Assembly: GCA_000708835.1 (NCBI GenBank)
Contig: DF237432.1
Span: 6,108 to 70,107, forward strand
Source: Klebsormidium nitens
Taxonomy: Eukaryota > Plantae > Klebsormidiophyceae
Reading direction: 5' to 3'
Length of the DNA: 64,000 bases
In this document: piece by piece, positions 39,101 to 51,700 of the stretch
Layout of the letters: each line of letters begins with the position of its first letter
Numbering within the stretch: the first letter of the stretch is position 1
The notes under the pieces: generated by a model
Databases searched by the model: none
Seen by the model: only the letters and a program-made list of their open reading frames with translations
What the model was told of the DNA's origin: nothing
Position numbers and translations under genes: made by a program

Positions 39101-42033
39101 AGGAAAAGAAACAGAACTGATAAAGCGAAAGAACAAAATAGCAAAACGGAAGAGGGGGTGCAACTCCAACTACTTGGAGGCAAGTGAATTGCCGCTCCTG
39201 AAGCGCCGTGTTGAAAGGGGAACTGGATATGGATAAAATGATCAGGATTGTGTGATGTGACTGTTTGGAGGCTTGGAACAGCTGCAAGGGTGAATCACAT
39301 AGAAGGCTAGTGAGCAGATTTCAGAATTCTAAAAGACTTGTCAGTCTTCCACCTGGAGATGCAGACAATGACATGGGCTGCAACGGAGAAGGATAAGAAG
39401 AATCCAGAAGCCTGGCGTTGTATGTACATAGACAGAGCCAGATATCAGAAGCTCGCTTATGACATGACTCGAAGTGAGTAGAGTGAGATGCTTGTTCTGG
39501 ATTCGACACCTGAAAAGCAGTCTTGCTTGCACCTGTGCACATGGAATAAGACGAGGGGATAAGAGCATTCAAGGTGGCTTGCAAACAGAAAGGAATTCAT
39601 TTCGGCGCACAACGTGTTAAAGAGTGCTGCTTGGACCAAGGGCACTCTAACAACAGCCTGAAACAGAACCAAGTGGTCCTACTGAGAATGTGAAACAGAA
39701 GAATACGATTTCTGTACTGGCAGAAGATTGCTTCAGCCGATTTGTAATGCGTCTGAAGTTGGAGCAGCAATGGGGCACTTTTGAATATTGTTACAAAGGG
39801 GCACTTTCTGAGTCAACAAATAACACTGGGTTGCTCGAGACTGTTCGTAACAAGTAATTTCTTCAAAGTCTGTGATTTTTGGCTGAGACGCTCAAGATTC
39901 ACAAGCGAGCGCATCGGTGCCAAACAAACGTTCTGTCAAGCTCATTCTATGCCCAAAATCACAGAAGCCTTTTCAAAAATAGGTCAATTGTGCCCCATTA
40001 TCCTGCTTTACAAGCTCTTCCAGGGGCATAGGACATGAAGTGAATGATTCTCCAACCAAGTCACACATCGACCAACTGTAAGCACCAACTCCTCCGAAGC
40101 CCCACTTCTTTCTGATAGGCTCCGGAAACAGAAAGCCCCAACCATACCACGTTGGAGCAACAGCCCCCTGCCTTTCAGAGGATGCAAAAGCAGTCAACAT
40201 GACACCATCTGTGACGCCATCTGGACAGTTCAGATCCACTTCATAAAAGCAGTCAAGTGCAGAGAAAGCCTTGCAAGCCTGAGAGCCGCTCTCACATGCA
40301 GGTGGAAAGCAGTCATGCCCGTGGCCATCTTCGGCTCCTTTTGCACGAGCCTCGGGGTCTGCTGGCCGGCGTTTTTGAGGAGGTGAGTCATCGTGGCTAA
40401 TACCATGCAGGCGATGATGGCTTGGGGGAACAATTCCATGGGGGAGACTGCAAGGCAACGAAACGGGGTTAGACACCCAATGAAACTTCTCAACGTGCAA
40501 AAGCACCGCAGCACTTCTCTTTCAAAATGGTGCAGAAAGTCACATCAAAGCACCGTAAGTTGGCCCAGATGTGAAGTTTGGGACGCCCAAATGCGACTCT
40601 CCTAAGTGAACGAATGGATATTTGAAAAGAGACACAGCTTCTGATGTGACTTGGCAATAGAGCAGATGCATTGTGATGCTAAAGATTTCACCATCTGGAG
40701 GCTATCCTCTCATCGCAAGCCAAATTTTTCCGACCTTTGCTCCCACTGCTTCCTTACCAAGTGCATATACCCTCCCTTTACTGGGCATAATCATTCTTCT
40801 CAAAACCCACTGAGAGATCAAGAGAAGCTAGAAAGTGTGCAGGGAACTCAAGCAAGAATCAAGACACAGAGAAATGGAAGTGCACAGAAGGGGCACTTTG
40901 CCTGACCAGTAGAAGTCTTATGCAACACTCATGCTAATCTCAGAATAAAGCTGTCCTGTCAAGATGCGCAAATATAAGTTCTTGAATGAAAACTTGTGAC
41001 CGAACTTACGTTTGCAAGTGGACATGAGAACCACACCATCAAAATGCTGCCACACTTCACACCTCAACGACCTTCTTCAGAAAAGTTTCAACTGGAATGA
41101 CTATGAAAGAACTGACCCAGGAATTTGCAACCAGAGATACATAGACCAGCTTGATAAAGTGTACGTACGAAGTCTTCAAGATGCTCAAAGGTACGAGATG
41201 CTATCTGGCCATGCAAAAAGAACCGTCTGCAGACAAGGACGCTGAGAAGCCCAGGTCAAGCCAACAAATGGATCAGACAGACTCAGCAACAAAGAGGTCA
41301 CAGAATGTCACCTACCATGTTCATTCAGAGGAGTGCCTCGCAGCGCAGCATTCCTGCCTCGGCGGGGCGCCGCGGCCTTGACGGCCCTCCTGTGGGGCGC
41401 CAGATCCCGCATCACGGGCGGCTTCGGTGGTCCCGGCATATGCATCAGCATGACAACAGTCAGGGCCAGGGCCCCGAGCATGCCCTGTGCGCGCTTCATC
41501 CAGTTCCAAATCTGGACAGGCCCGCCCTCCGCTACTAGTTCCTGCACCTCGAAACGCTCGTGGACCAGCTTCCCCAAGACTTGCTGTCCCTCGCGCTCGG
41601 CCATAAGGGCCTCGTCGCCCAGGAAGTCGTCCAGGTTCAGCGGCTGGTTGTACTGCGCCTTGACTTTCTGGAACGTCTGCTCTTTGAAGACGCCGGGGTC
41701 CAGGTCAATGCCGTCAAAAGGATCTGGCAGATTCGCGTCGTCCTGCGAAGAAGCAGAAACCCTGACAGTCCTCGTCCGCGTGCTTTTCTCGGGTACAACG
41801 ACCTTCCACCCCAGTCTGTCACCTCTAAAGCTGCCGCTCAGCCCAGAATCTGACGGCGCCAGAGGCCACCTCTGGGCGCAGCGGATGGCGACATTGTCAA
41901 CACGCCTGGTTCTTGCCGGCTCGAAGGCCAGCTGCGACACCCAGGTGCTGCATCGACTAGAGTGACCGGAGGGGATGCCAAAAGAGCTGACCCATGCCCC
42001 CACGGCGCTGGCCTTGAGAACCGCCGCAACCAT
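36196..42033 (-). CDS. Uncharacterised, probably plastid-targeted membrane protein; middle exons unresolved
   Basis: Exon 41316-42033 (transit-peptide-like, hydrophobic MLGALALTVVMLM, donor gtaggt) joins in phase to 40296-40447. A phase-0 chain 38078-38269, 37484-37612, 36786-36854 (or -36899), 36196-36306 ends in a stop. A likely exon near 38980-39090 (LGISGFACSLRYDLDEV) could not be joined unambiguously, so this may be two genes. Confidence 0.55.
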
Positions 42034-42755
42034 GTTGCTGCTGACTCAACCACAATAAGATAGTCTGGGGGAGGATGCAGACGAGGAAGCCACCCTGGAC
42101 AATCTACCTAAGGGCAGGGGGCGCCCCTGGCTTAGCTAGACAGGACAAGGGCGCCCTCCTCAACACGGAACTTTCAAGGTGAATGTCAAATGACAAGACG
42201 GCAGTAATTAAAATGGCGATGGACCTGCACTGTGCAGGCTGCGCACACTGCACAGCTCCTTGCAAAGGCCCCGGTACCGTACCTTGATCTGAACTGAGGC
42301 CCCAGGAGGTAACGCACCGATAATGGTTTTCGCAGGGTTTACTAATCTGTGACGACGCTCCAGCATTACCGATTGCCTAGTACCTCTCATGCTCGACTGC
42401 CCGGTCTCGATTCTGCCTGGCCCCACAAGCCCTGCATGGTGCATTCAACAATCCCTCAACATTCAATTTCAAGGGAAAGGACAGATGGGATGGTTAGATG
42501 AGATTAAATGTCACAGAAGCAAGCGCTTGTGTTTCTGAGGTTCTGGAGTATCTAGCCTCTTCTCGCCGGAATGCCTTCATGCTGTAGATGTGAAGATGAA
42601 CGAGGCCGAGCGGGCAAGAAAGACGGCCGAGCGATTCCCCTGTTAGCAGACTGATCAGTGTATGTAGCTTCAAGGAAGTTCTGACAGCATATCAGCAAAG
42701 GGGCTGACTTTGGAGCTGCACCACCTCCTGCTTGTACTTTCCACCACCATCGCTG

Positions 42756-45700
42756 ATGGCCACACCGGTCGCTTCTGCCCCCTGGGCCGCCACCTGGCAG
42801 CTGAATGCAGGAGCATCGCCTCACCCCGGAGACACCAACCTTCATACCACCGGGCCATCAGCAGAGAATGGAACCGGCCTCTATCCGCAGATGAATGCTG
42901 ATAGTGCCTTGGGAAACAGGGGCCTCGGCGCAATTGAGGGGGAAGAGCTCAGGACGATTGTTGAGACAGTGGAAAAGATGCAGGCAAAAGATCCGGAGAA
43001 AGCACAGGAGGCGGTCTCCTACTGCAGAAAGGGCTTGGAGGGGGATGAAAAGGGCGAACGCCTTCGAATGCTGGCAAACATGTCTGCGGAGTGGACGGAG
43101 GTCTTTCATGCCTGGGAGGTGCATCATGGGGTGAGTCGGAGTACAGCATTGCAGTCTGCAACAGGTCCCTTTCATTCCTTAGAAAGCCTTTGGTGAAGCG
43201 TCGCTTGCCATGGCCGAAGGAGATTCAAGGTTTTGATGATTCAAATGTCCCTCGTTCACATCTTGAAACTTTGATTGGGTTTGCAGACTGATGTGTAGGT
43301 GAAGAATAGACGTTAAGCTCAGGAACAGATGAATGATCTTTCTGCCTCGAGGGGCCAGCCCGTCATGTTTTGCGGCCTTGATACAATTGCGACGATCTGC
43401 CAGCTTGTTGAAGAGGTCATTCTGATACTATCAAGTACATAAATTTACTGTCAAGTACATATATTTTGTTCCCACCACACTCATTGTGGTGGTGTCCTTG
43501 ATTCAACGACCACATTATGCGCTGTTGACAATCGCTGTACCTCTTCGTACTTCTTGTCGCTGTAAACGCATGGCAAAATCTGCCTTCCACTGCAACTGAA
43601 CAGTCGCTCATTGAGTGACCATGTTCGCATAACCTCATTCTGGGAGAGTCCTGGTTTCTTTGGCAGAATTGCCGCAGTCCTTTTGACACACACTAAAAGA
43701 CTCTCTCCTGACACATATCAACTACCCTGTCTGCTCTCAGGCTGGCAACCACAAGGTGTGTCAACAGCTGCTGCTCTTTGTGGCGGACCTGCTGCGGCAC
43801 CCGCTAGGAACATCAGCGCACCTGAAGCAGTCGCCGCTCAAGGACCCCTCTCGAGAAGAGGCGGCCGTCGTACACTTGCGCTTGGACGGACTGGCACGCA
43901 ATGTGAGGTCTCATTCCGCATCCTCTTTCTTCCCGCGCTCGCAAGTGCGGTGTTCAATTCCTGTCGTCCTGTTCAATTTACTGGTCAAGCAGGCTCCTCT
44001 TCACTTTGCGGGGATCCGTCTCTGCGAACACACGACTTTGTTACAAGTCATCATCAGCTTGAATGTTCGATATTCAGAAGAAGAGACAAATATAGTCTGC
44101 ATACATACATTGAGGTTTGGTCATCCCTGTTCTAGCTGCGGCCTGGCGCGCGCGGTCAATCGACGGCTTCTTGATGTGTCGATCATGAAGTCTTAAAGAT
44201 AATAGCTGCCCTTTGATTATATGCAATCTGGTTTCCACAACGCGCAAAGGGCGCTACGAAGTTTCCCCATCCCGCGCATAGCCAGAATGAACTCTGGTGC
44301 GGTGATCCTGGTTCATCTCGGAGTCGAGTAATCACTCTTTATTGAGAAAGTACCAAGAGGAAGCTTTTGCATGTGATACTAAGATTTGTGAAAGGGCTCA
44401 TGGAGAAGCTTAACAGTCGCCAGACCTGCCGTCAGCGCGGGCGCAGCAATCTCCCAGCAGTTCTACTTTGTGCTCCGCCCGCCTTTCAAAAAGTGTGGGC
44501 ACTCTCTGAGTTTCGAAGGTTCTATGTTTGTGAGATTTTTACCTTATAGATTGTGAAAGAGCACATCAAGGAGATTAATAGCCAGCCCAAACATGCAACG
44601 CCTTAACATACCCCAACAAGTTCAAGGTTCTGACATGTGAGAGTTGAGGTCTTGCTTTGTTTGTTGCAGATTGTGAGGAAGCGCATGAAGCAGGTGTACG
44701 GCCACCTTACCTCCGGCCAGCGCGGCCGCGCCAACGCGTGCCTCATGCTGCTGACCGCAATCAACGGGCGCGGCAAGTCGCTCTCGGGGGAGCTCGTCGG
44801 AACCTTTGATTTTACTCTGGCGAGCCTGGCGAAGCTGGCGGCGCCTCCGAAGCAGACAGGGAAGGGCGAACGAGAGGGGGGAAACAATCCGGAGAAGCGG
44901 AGCACCAGGGCGGTGTTTACGGAGTTTGCGCTGTCGTTCATACTGGTAAGAGCAGGGATTTGACACTGATTTTGCACGGACAACCGGCGCGGACAAACGG
45001 GCTTGCTTGGTTTACCTCCGACTCCGCAGCATGATCCTTTTCCAGCCCTGGAACCCCTTCACTTAGGACAGCAGACTTTTGCCAATTCAATGTGCGCTAC
45101 GCCGCTGAGAACCGCAACAATGATCAGTCTCCTCCGCCGAGTTCAGCAACTTTGTATGTTGGATTGTTCTGGGACGACCTCTTGAGTGCTAGAGGGGTCG
45201 TCAACGAAGCGCATTCAGTGTCTCCGCTCTACCGCCGAGTTGAATGCCGAGAAAGTCAAGCCGGCGACGCTTTCCTCTTCCCAGGTGGGGGACCCCCTGA
45301 CCACGCGCTCTGCCCTCCAGAAGCGGAGCCTTTTCACACCGGTCCTCCACAACCTGTACGGCGACTCTGCGGAGCAGATCGCCCGGGTGCTCTCCGCCAT
45401 TCAGGCGCACGTCCTGCCAGAGACTGCCGGGGTCCCGGCCAGACTCCAGGTGCGTATTTACACCATGCGCAAGCACCTCGGTGATTCTCAGCGCCTCGCA
45501 TCCGTTCAGAGCACAGCTTGTAAGCTGAGAAATAGCCTTTCGACAACGGTCAATTTGGCCAGATCCTTCCAACTTCTAATGTTGCACAGTTTTGTTTCGT
45601 ATGGCGGAATTGCTGTGATCCGCTTTTGTCGCTCTACATGGGCCGGCCCTTTTCAGAGGTACGCCGGTTGTCAGAGCCGCATGTGACCACGTGGCCCAAG

Positions 45701-48700
45701 CTGGGGACAACAAGGCCTTGTTTGAGGACTGTTCGATTGACTACCAAGTGCTCAATCCCTCTCAGCTCGACAATTCTCTCAGAGCTCTAAACTCAGTAAT
45801 TGAGATCGTGCACTCTCTTTACTTTTGCTACCGAAATCGTTCTTTCCCGCACAGCTCAAGATTATGCTTCCGTACAAAACACTTCTCCACCTCTGATTTC
45901 TGCAGGGTGCACAGCTCAAGATTATGCTTCCCTACAAAACATTATTCCGTCTCTGAATTTTTGCAGGGCGTCTTCTTTGGCGACATCGCCCTCGAGCAGC
46001 TCATCAACATCGCGGCCTTCGACGACAGCCCCGACACGGGTGACGTCAGCCTAGCCCGCCCCGCCTCGCTAGCGCACGACGTGCTGCTGTGGGTTTTCTC
46101 CGACCCCGCGCATGGCGTCTGCCCCGCAGCACAGGTTGCAGGTGGGGCTTGACTTCTTCGCCTCAGCCCGTTTGCGTGACGTTTCTCGGCATGGAGTACG
46201 TGTCTCAGTGTTCAATATAGAGCTTTCAGCTCCGCTTCTTCAAATGTTTACTTTCAAAGAGGAACGACGGTTGATAGAGCGCCGGCTGCTGCGTGCATTT
46301 TGAAACTCTTGATGCGACGGAAACCCATTTTTTTTTCTTATCCGCCCACAGAACAGTGTTAGTGGTTTCTTTTGAAATCTGGTTTTGAAAGGACAATCTC
46401 GCAGATTTGTTTGTCCGCTTCGGCAAGGAAGAAATGCAAGCGGGCCAAACACAGGCGGCTGCCGCGCACTTTTGAAGCTCAAAGCGCAATCCGTTTCCGC
46501 TTCCTTCTTTCTTAGAGCACGCCTTGAAAATGGCACGGTTTGAGAAATGCACCCTGACTTCTGGTTCTTTGTCACGATTTTTGCAGGGAAGAAGAGCAAA
46601 GACGCGGCCTCACAGGGGCGGCTGCTGCGCGCGCTGTTGAAGCTCAAGGCCACCGAAGTGCAGCGGCACTCGGACCTTCTCATCGGTGCGACCAAGGAGC
46701 AGCCCGCCGTCGCGGCAGCGTACCTGGCCGCGTTCCCGTACTCACTGGAGCCGCGGACGTCCGATCGCTGGTGAGCGTCTTTGTCCATAGTCAGGGCCGC
46801 GGACGTTCGATCCTGGTCCGCGTTTATGTCCATTTTTGAGAGCTGCGGACGTCCGACCGCTGGTGAGCGCTTATATCCGCACTCGCTAGAGCCGCGGACG
46901 TCCGACCGCTGGTGAGCGTTTATGTCCGTACTCGCTGGAGTCGCGGACGTCCGACCGCTGGTGAGCTTTCGATTCGCAAGGAGTAAGAACGGTTGAGGAG
47001 AGCGCGTGTAGCCCGCGAAACCGCAAGGGGTCTCGGGACGCGTCTGTTGGAAGCATTGCTTGTTTGATTGATATACGAAGGCTTCCGTTTTACCGCGTAC
47101 ACAGTGTGGGGGGCCTTGAATAAGGACCTGCGTGCTTGCCAATTTGAGTACAAGACTTCGTTTGGGCCCATTATTACAGATTGTGCGGTCCTGGCAAAGG
47201 TATGCTTTTGTCGTCGAAAGGACTTTAACTTAGCTCTGTAGTTCTCTAAGTTTTTCACATATACCCGTGTCAGTTGAACGCTTTGTCGCGAGCGCTAGCG
47301 TACGTAGTGACTGGACCCTTCCTAATCAGGAGAAATGCGCCTGCAGATGGTCAGAGTGACCCAAACAGAAGAGGCAATCTGACAAAATCTTAAAAATGAC
47401 TAGCCCGCTTTCCCTAAAACATGCAACGATTTAAAGCGTCTGTCTGTGACCCTTTTGCTCATTTCCCGAGCCAAAGTCCTGGTTATCATCTCACACCAAA
47501 GCGAGAAGTCCATCTCACCACCCGTTTCGCGCAGGTTTGCAGCCATGACCCTCCTTCGCAAACTCGTTGCATTCGCCTCCCGGGAGGGACTCTCGGCCGA
47601 CCATAGCGCTCTAACAGTGAAGGCGCTCCTGACCCGGATCGTTACTCCCGCTTTGCCCCGGGCTGTTCTAAGCCGAGCGCTCCAGCATCGCAGCACTTCG
47701 ATCAAGGTAAGCCGCCTACAGTACTCTCGTCAAGTTTGACGCCAAATGATTACTTTTGAAACGTCTGAGGAGCTCGGCAGACCCAATGTTACCTGCTAAA
47801 CAGTACCATTATCGGTCCATTACTGCTTGAGACATATCTCTGGAATTTCAGCAGGCCAATCAATCTGCCGACGAAGTCAAACGCTGTTACGAATTCTGCA
47901 ACTTCAGGGTTTTCGTGTCATTGGAAATCTGGTGCATGCTTATACTTGGACGGAGTCCTAAGCAGAGCGCTCCAGAATCGCAGCACTTCAGTCGAGGTAA
48001 GCCGCGTATTCTGCAACTTCAGGATTCTCGTGTTATTGGAAAGTTGGTGCTTGCGGATACATGAGCGGAGTCCTAAGCCGAGCGCTCTAGCATCGCAGCA
48101 CTTCGACTAAGGTAAGCCGCGAAGCTTGCAACCTCAGGGTTCTCGTGTCGCTGAGTGATGATAGCGGGTTCTTTGAAACGACATGAAACAAAAACAGTTG
48201 ATTCTAAGGGACAGACATTGCGAATAGGATGTCATTCCGCACACGTAGTGCCCAATCACGACGATCACTAATTCGATGACGACTTGAATGGGAAGAGGAC
48301 ACTGCAGCGGTCAAAATCGGGCTTCGCATGAAAGGGTGAAGCTCCTATCGTCAGGATTCCCTCGATACTGCTTGGTCGACATCATTGTGTTTCGCTAACC
48401 AACCGAGCATAGAAGGTCTTGTACCAGTAGGCGCTGTATCAAGAAATGCAGGTGTGAGGAGCTTTCCATCGACGCCGATCGAAGACTTTCGTTTCGTTTC
48501 TTTTCTGGAAACAATTTGTCTTCCTTTCTGTTGCCAGTTAAGCGAAGATGGGGTTGACGCTAACCGAAACTTTGTTTGTAACAGTTCGTCTTGCTGGCCG
48601 TTCTCTCCTCCGTCCTGGCGTCCCTCCACTCCGCGCAGTCGCAGCTCAAAGCGACCGGTTCACCGATTCTCAACGAACTCGCCGACGGGGCCCGGCTGCT

Positions 48701-51700
48701 CCTGCCAGACCCGCAGATACTTTTGGCGCTCAACACCACAATCGAGAAAGGGGACGCCGGTCGCACGGGCGGCAAACCGGAGGGTTTAGAAGAGGGTTTG
48801 GAGGAGGACGAGACCGAAGAAAGCGTGTCTACGGAAGAATTGCACCTGAAGCTGTTGGAGGTTCTGGCGGGCTATCAGGTTCGTGAATCAAAGCGAAACG
48901 ACTACTTCGTTTGTTTCTTCGTTTATTGGTGCTGTTTGGAGGTCAGTGCCCATGATGGGTTTGGTTGCGTTCGCCTGCTCGTCAATATTCTTTAGGAGCT
49001 CAACGAGCATATTGGGCCAGCGTGTTCGATCGCAATCTGTATCATTAGAAAGGGTGCAATGTGTCTTGAGCGGGTCATTCAGACAGTTCTGGAGCATTCG
49101 CGTCAGGGTGGCAACAGGATCTGGATCGGATGGCCATTGCGTTACCCACTCTTCGTTTCTGCTTCTGCATTCATATCCCGCGATCTTTTCGAGGAGCTGC
49201 GCAAATCGCTTACACCAGTCTGACACAATACTCCTTTACATCTCAGTAAGTTTCCCCGACACTGAAGGCTGGTACCTTTGTGCAGCGGTCTCTCCCGGAC
49301 GCCCTCGCCGCCTGCCGCTTCAACCCGTACAAACTTCTCCCGGACAACCCGGCCCAGCTGCCACGTGGCAAGCAGGCAGCGCTCCTGGAGCTCCTCGCGG
49401 CCGCCTCCGAAGCTGCGGGAGCGGATTCCGCCGCCGTTCCGTCCGGCGCGAGCCCGCAGCTGCTTCCGCTGCTGAGAGAGATGCTGGGGGGCACTACTGA
49501 GGAGTTGCGCGAGAAGGTATGCTGGGACTCTCTGTACTTCTTGGTAGAGGGAAAAGTGTTCCGGTTTGATCCTTGGAGTTGAAGGTTTGCTTTTCGGGGG
49601 GCAACAACCGTCACGACCAGGTGTTTTTGTGGGTCTGGACGTCCTTCTTCGAAACGCGAAGGAATAAAGAATGTACTTGAATTCTGAAGTGTGAGGAACG
49701 TTTGAGGTCCGGCGTCACTTTGACAAAGACGAGAATCGTCATATTTGCAGTTCTGGATAGTATTGGAGACGCCGTTTGAGGATCAGATCCCCTGCAGAGA
49801 TTGAAGTATCCGTCAAAAACTATGAAGTATTGTCAGACAGGATGACAGAGTGACGAGGGCTGTTTCTATGTGGATCCTCGTTCCACTTGTTCCGCTTCCT
49901 GAAGTACCAAACATAGTCTTGAGCGTCGTAAGTCTTCTAAGAACTGTTCAGTAGCGGACGTCGAGGGCCTGCTGCATGTTACTCCGCTTCTGAGCACATC
50001 CACTTTTCTTTGAATTCTGGTCTGACGAGTTCGGCCTTCATATATTTCGCAGGCCGAAGCCTTGGCGCATCAAAGCCTGATGGCCTCCGGCGTCTTCTCC
50101 CACCAACTGGAGGTCGCCACGTGGCTCGAACTCCTTCCACGCTGGGACGCAAGCTCCGAGGGGCGCCCCTCCTTCAGCCTCTCCGACTCCGTCGCCGGTT
50201 TCTTCGCTGATGCATTCTTCGCCGTCAGCAAGAACCCTTATAGATTCTTGGAACGCATTCAATCGGCGCTTTCTGCGCATACCCTTCTAGAGGTTCCGGA
50301 GGAGAAGAACGGTCCGAACCAGCGAATTAAAGCTCCAGTTGGGTGGGAAACGATGCCGCCTCAAGCTGGCTCGTCCGGTCGGGGGGAACGAGAAGTTCTT
50401 GCGAGGGGGTGCAGTTCTGGCCCTGAGTTTGGCCCCCTGGTCGTGTGCGCGATCGAAAAGTGCCTCAAGGTCTTGGCAGCCGGTCAGTCGGAGGGGGACA
50501 GAAAGGGGTCAGCGGGGAAACCCGGCGGTTTGGGGCTGCTTAGGAAGACGGGCATCGCTGCTTACGTGGCGGGGTCGCTGAGGCGGCTGCTAGAAGTGCA
50601 GCGCAATCCGAGGACGCTTGCAGTTGTGGTAGTGGATCTGTTGGCGGAAATCAGTGAGGTAAGTTTAAAGGGCTCGCTTAGTCGGTGATCTTCTCCGTTC
50701 TGTCACGGCAGTTGTCAGGGACGTTGGTTTCAATCTCATGCCGACCGATTGCAGCTGGGAATCTGGTAGAGAGAGCCAACTTCGACTATGCTGCTGTCTA
50801 TATACAATGTGGAAGTTCATTTTTGGGATCGGGTTGCTTCTCGACTTGTTCCATGTATTGTGCGGGTTGTGGAGTGCCTGCTTCGGAACGCTCATGGGAT
50901 GCCGTCCTTCTGGGCCCGAGCACAATACAATGTGAAGATCATTGACTGACTTTTGCTAAGCACCTGAGGCGTAGTTAGGTCTAGAGTCTGGTTACCTGTG
51001 CGTTAAACGCAGTCACAGCAACACGTTCCCAGACTCCTTTAAGCTTCAAAAATGTGGGATTAGATGCATATGGAAATTGAAAGTGACCCCCTTTCTGGTA
51101 CCCTTTTGCTGCAATCTCCCAGTTGACCAGACGCCCCGCCCTAAAAAGCCATGATTTGAAACCCCTCATCTTTCTGCAGGAAGAGGCCTCCGCCTGCGAG
51201 TGGGCGCCTCTGTTCTCGCTTCGGACAGCTGCTCAAACCATCCTCACCGGACCGTCCGAAACCCTAACTTCCTTTGCAAACCCTTTGCAAACCCCTTCTA
51301 CCGCCCTCGACGAGGCGATCGAAGACTACGCTTCGGGGGATCCCTCGGACCGTCCAGCCCTGGCACGTGCCCTGGGGTACGCCCTGCTGACGTCACCCCC
51401 GGGCGAGGTGGCCCGCACACTCCCCGAGCTGACGTCAGCTTTTTGCGGGGCCGGGATGGAAACGACGGAAGCGGCGAGGGCGATCGGGGGGGGCGTTTTG
51501 CAGGATCTCGTCAAGACCGATCCCGGGCTGCTTTCGTCGGCGGCGCGGTGCAGTCCTGAGGCGTTTCGAAAGGCACTGAAAATACTAGAGGAGGCTAGTG
51601 AGATTGCGGAGGTGAAGGGAGCGGACAGACGAACGGAGGCGCAACATAATTCCCTAGCGAGCTTCCTGTCGACCGTTCCGTTTTCCGCTCTTCTCTCTCC

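Noticed and set aside
39973-40506. 177-aa minus ORF with a Trp/Gly-rich stretch
   Set aside because: The overlapping frame (MELFPQAIIACM) has GC3-biased codons and proper splice sites, so this frame is probably incidental.
43234-43291. Box C/D snoRNA candidate (TGATGA...CTGA) in URB1 intron 1
   Set aside because: No terminal stem or recognisable rRNA guide; the motif pair is expected by chance.
46745-46966. CRISPR-like look: ~27-bp palindromic repeat with ~20-bp spacers
   Set aside because: The spacers are homologous to each other, the first repeat is a coding exon end, the context is eukaryotic and there are no cas genes.
46240-47142. 300-aa antisense ORF with repeated HQRSDVRGSS
   Set aside because: The peptide repeat is only the reverse reading of the donor-site array.
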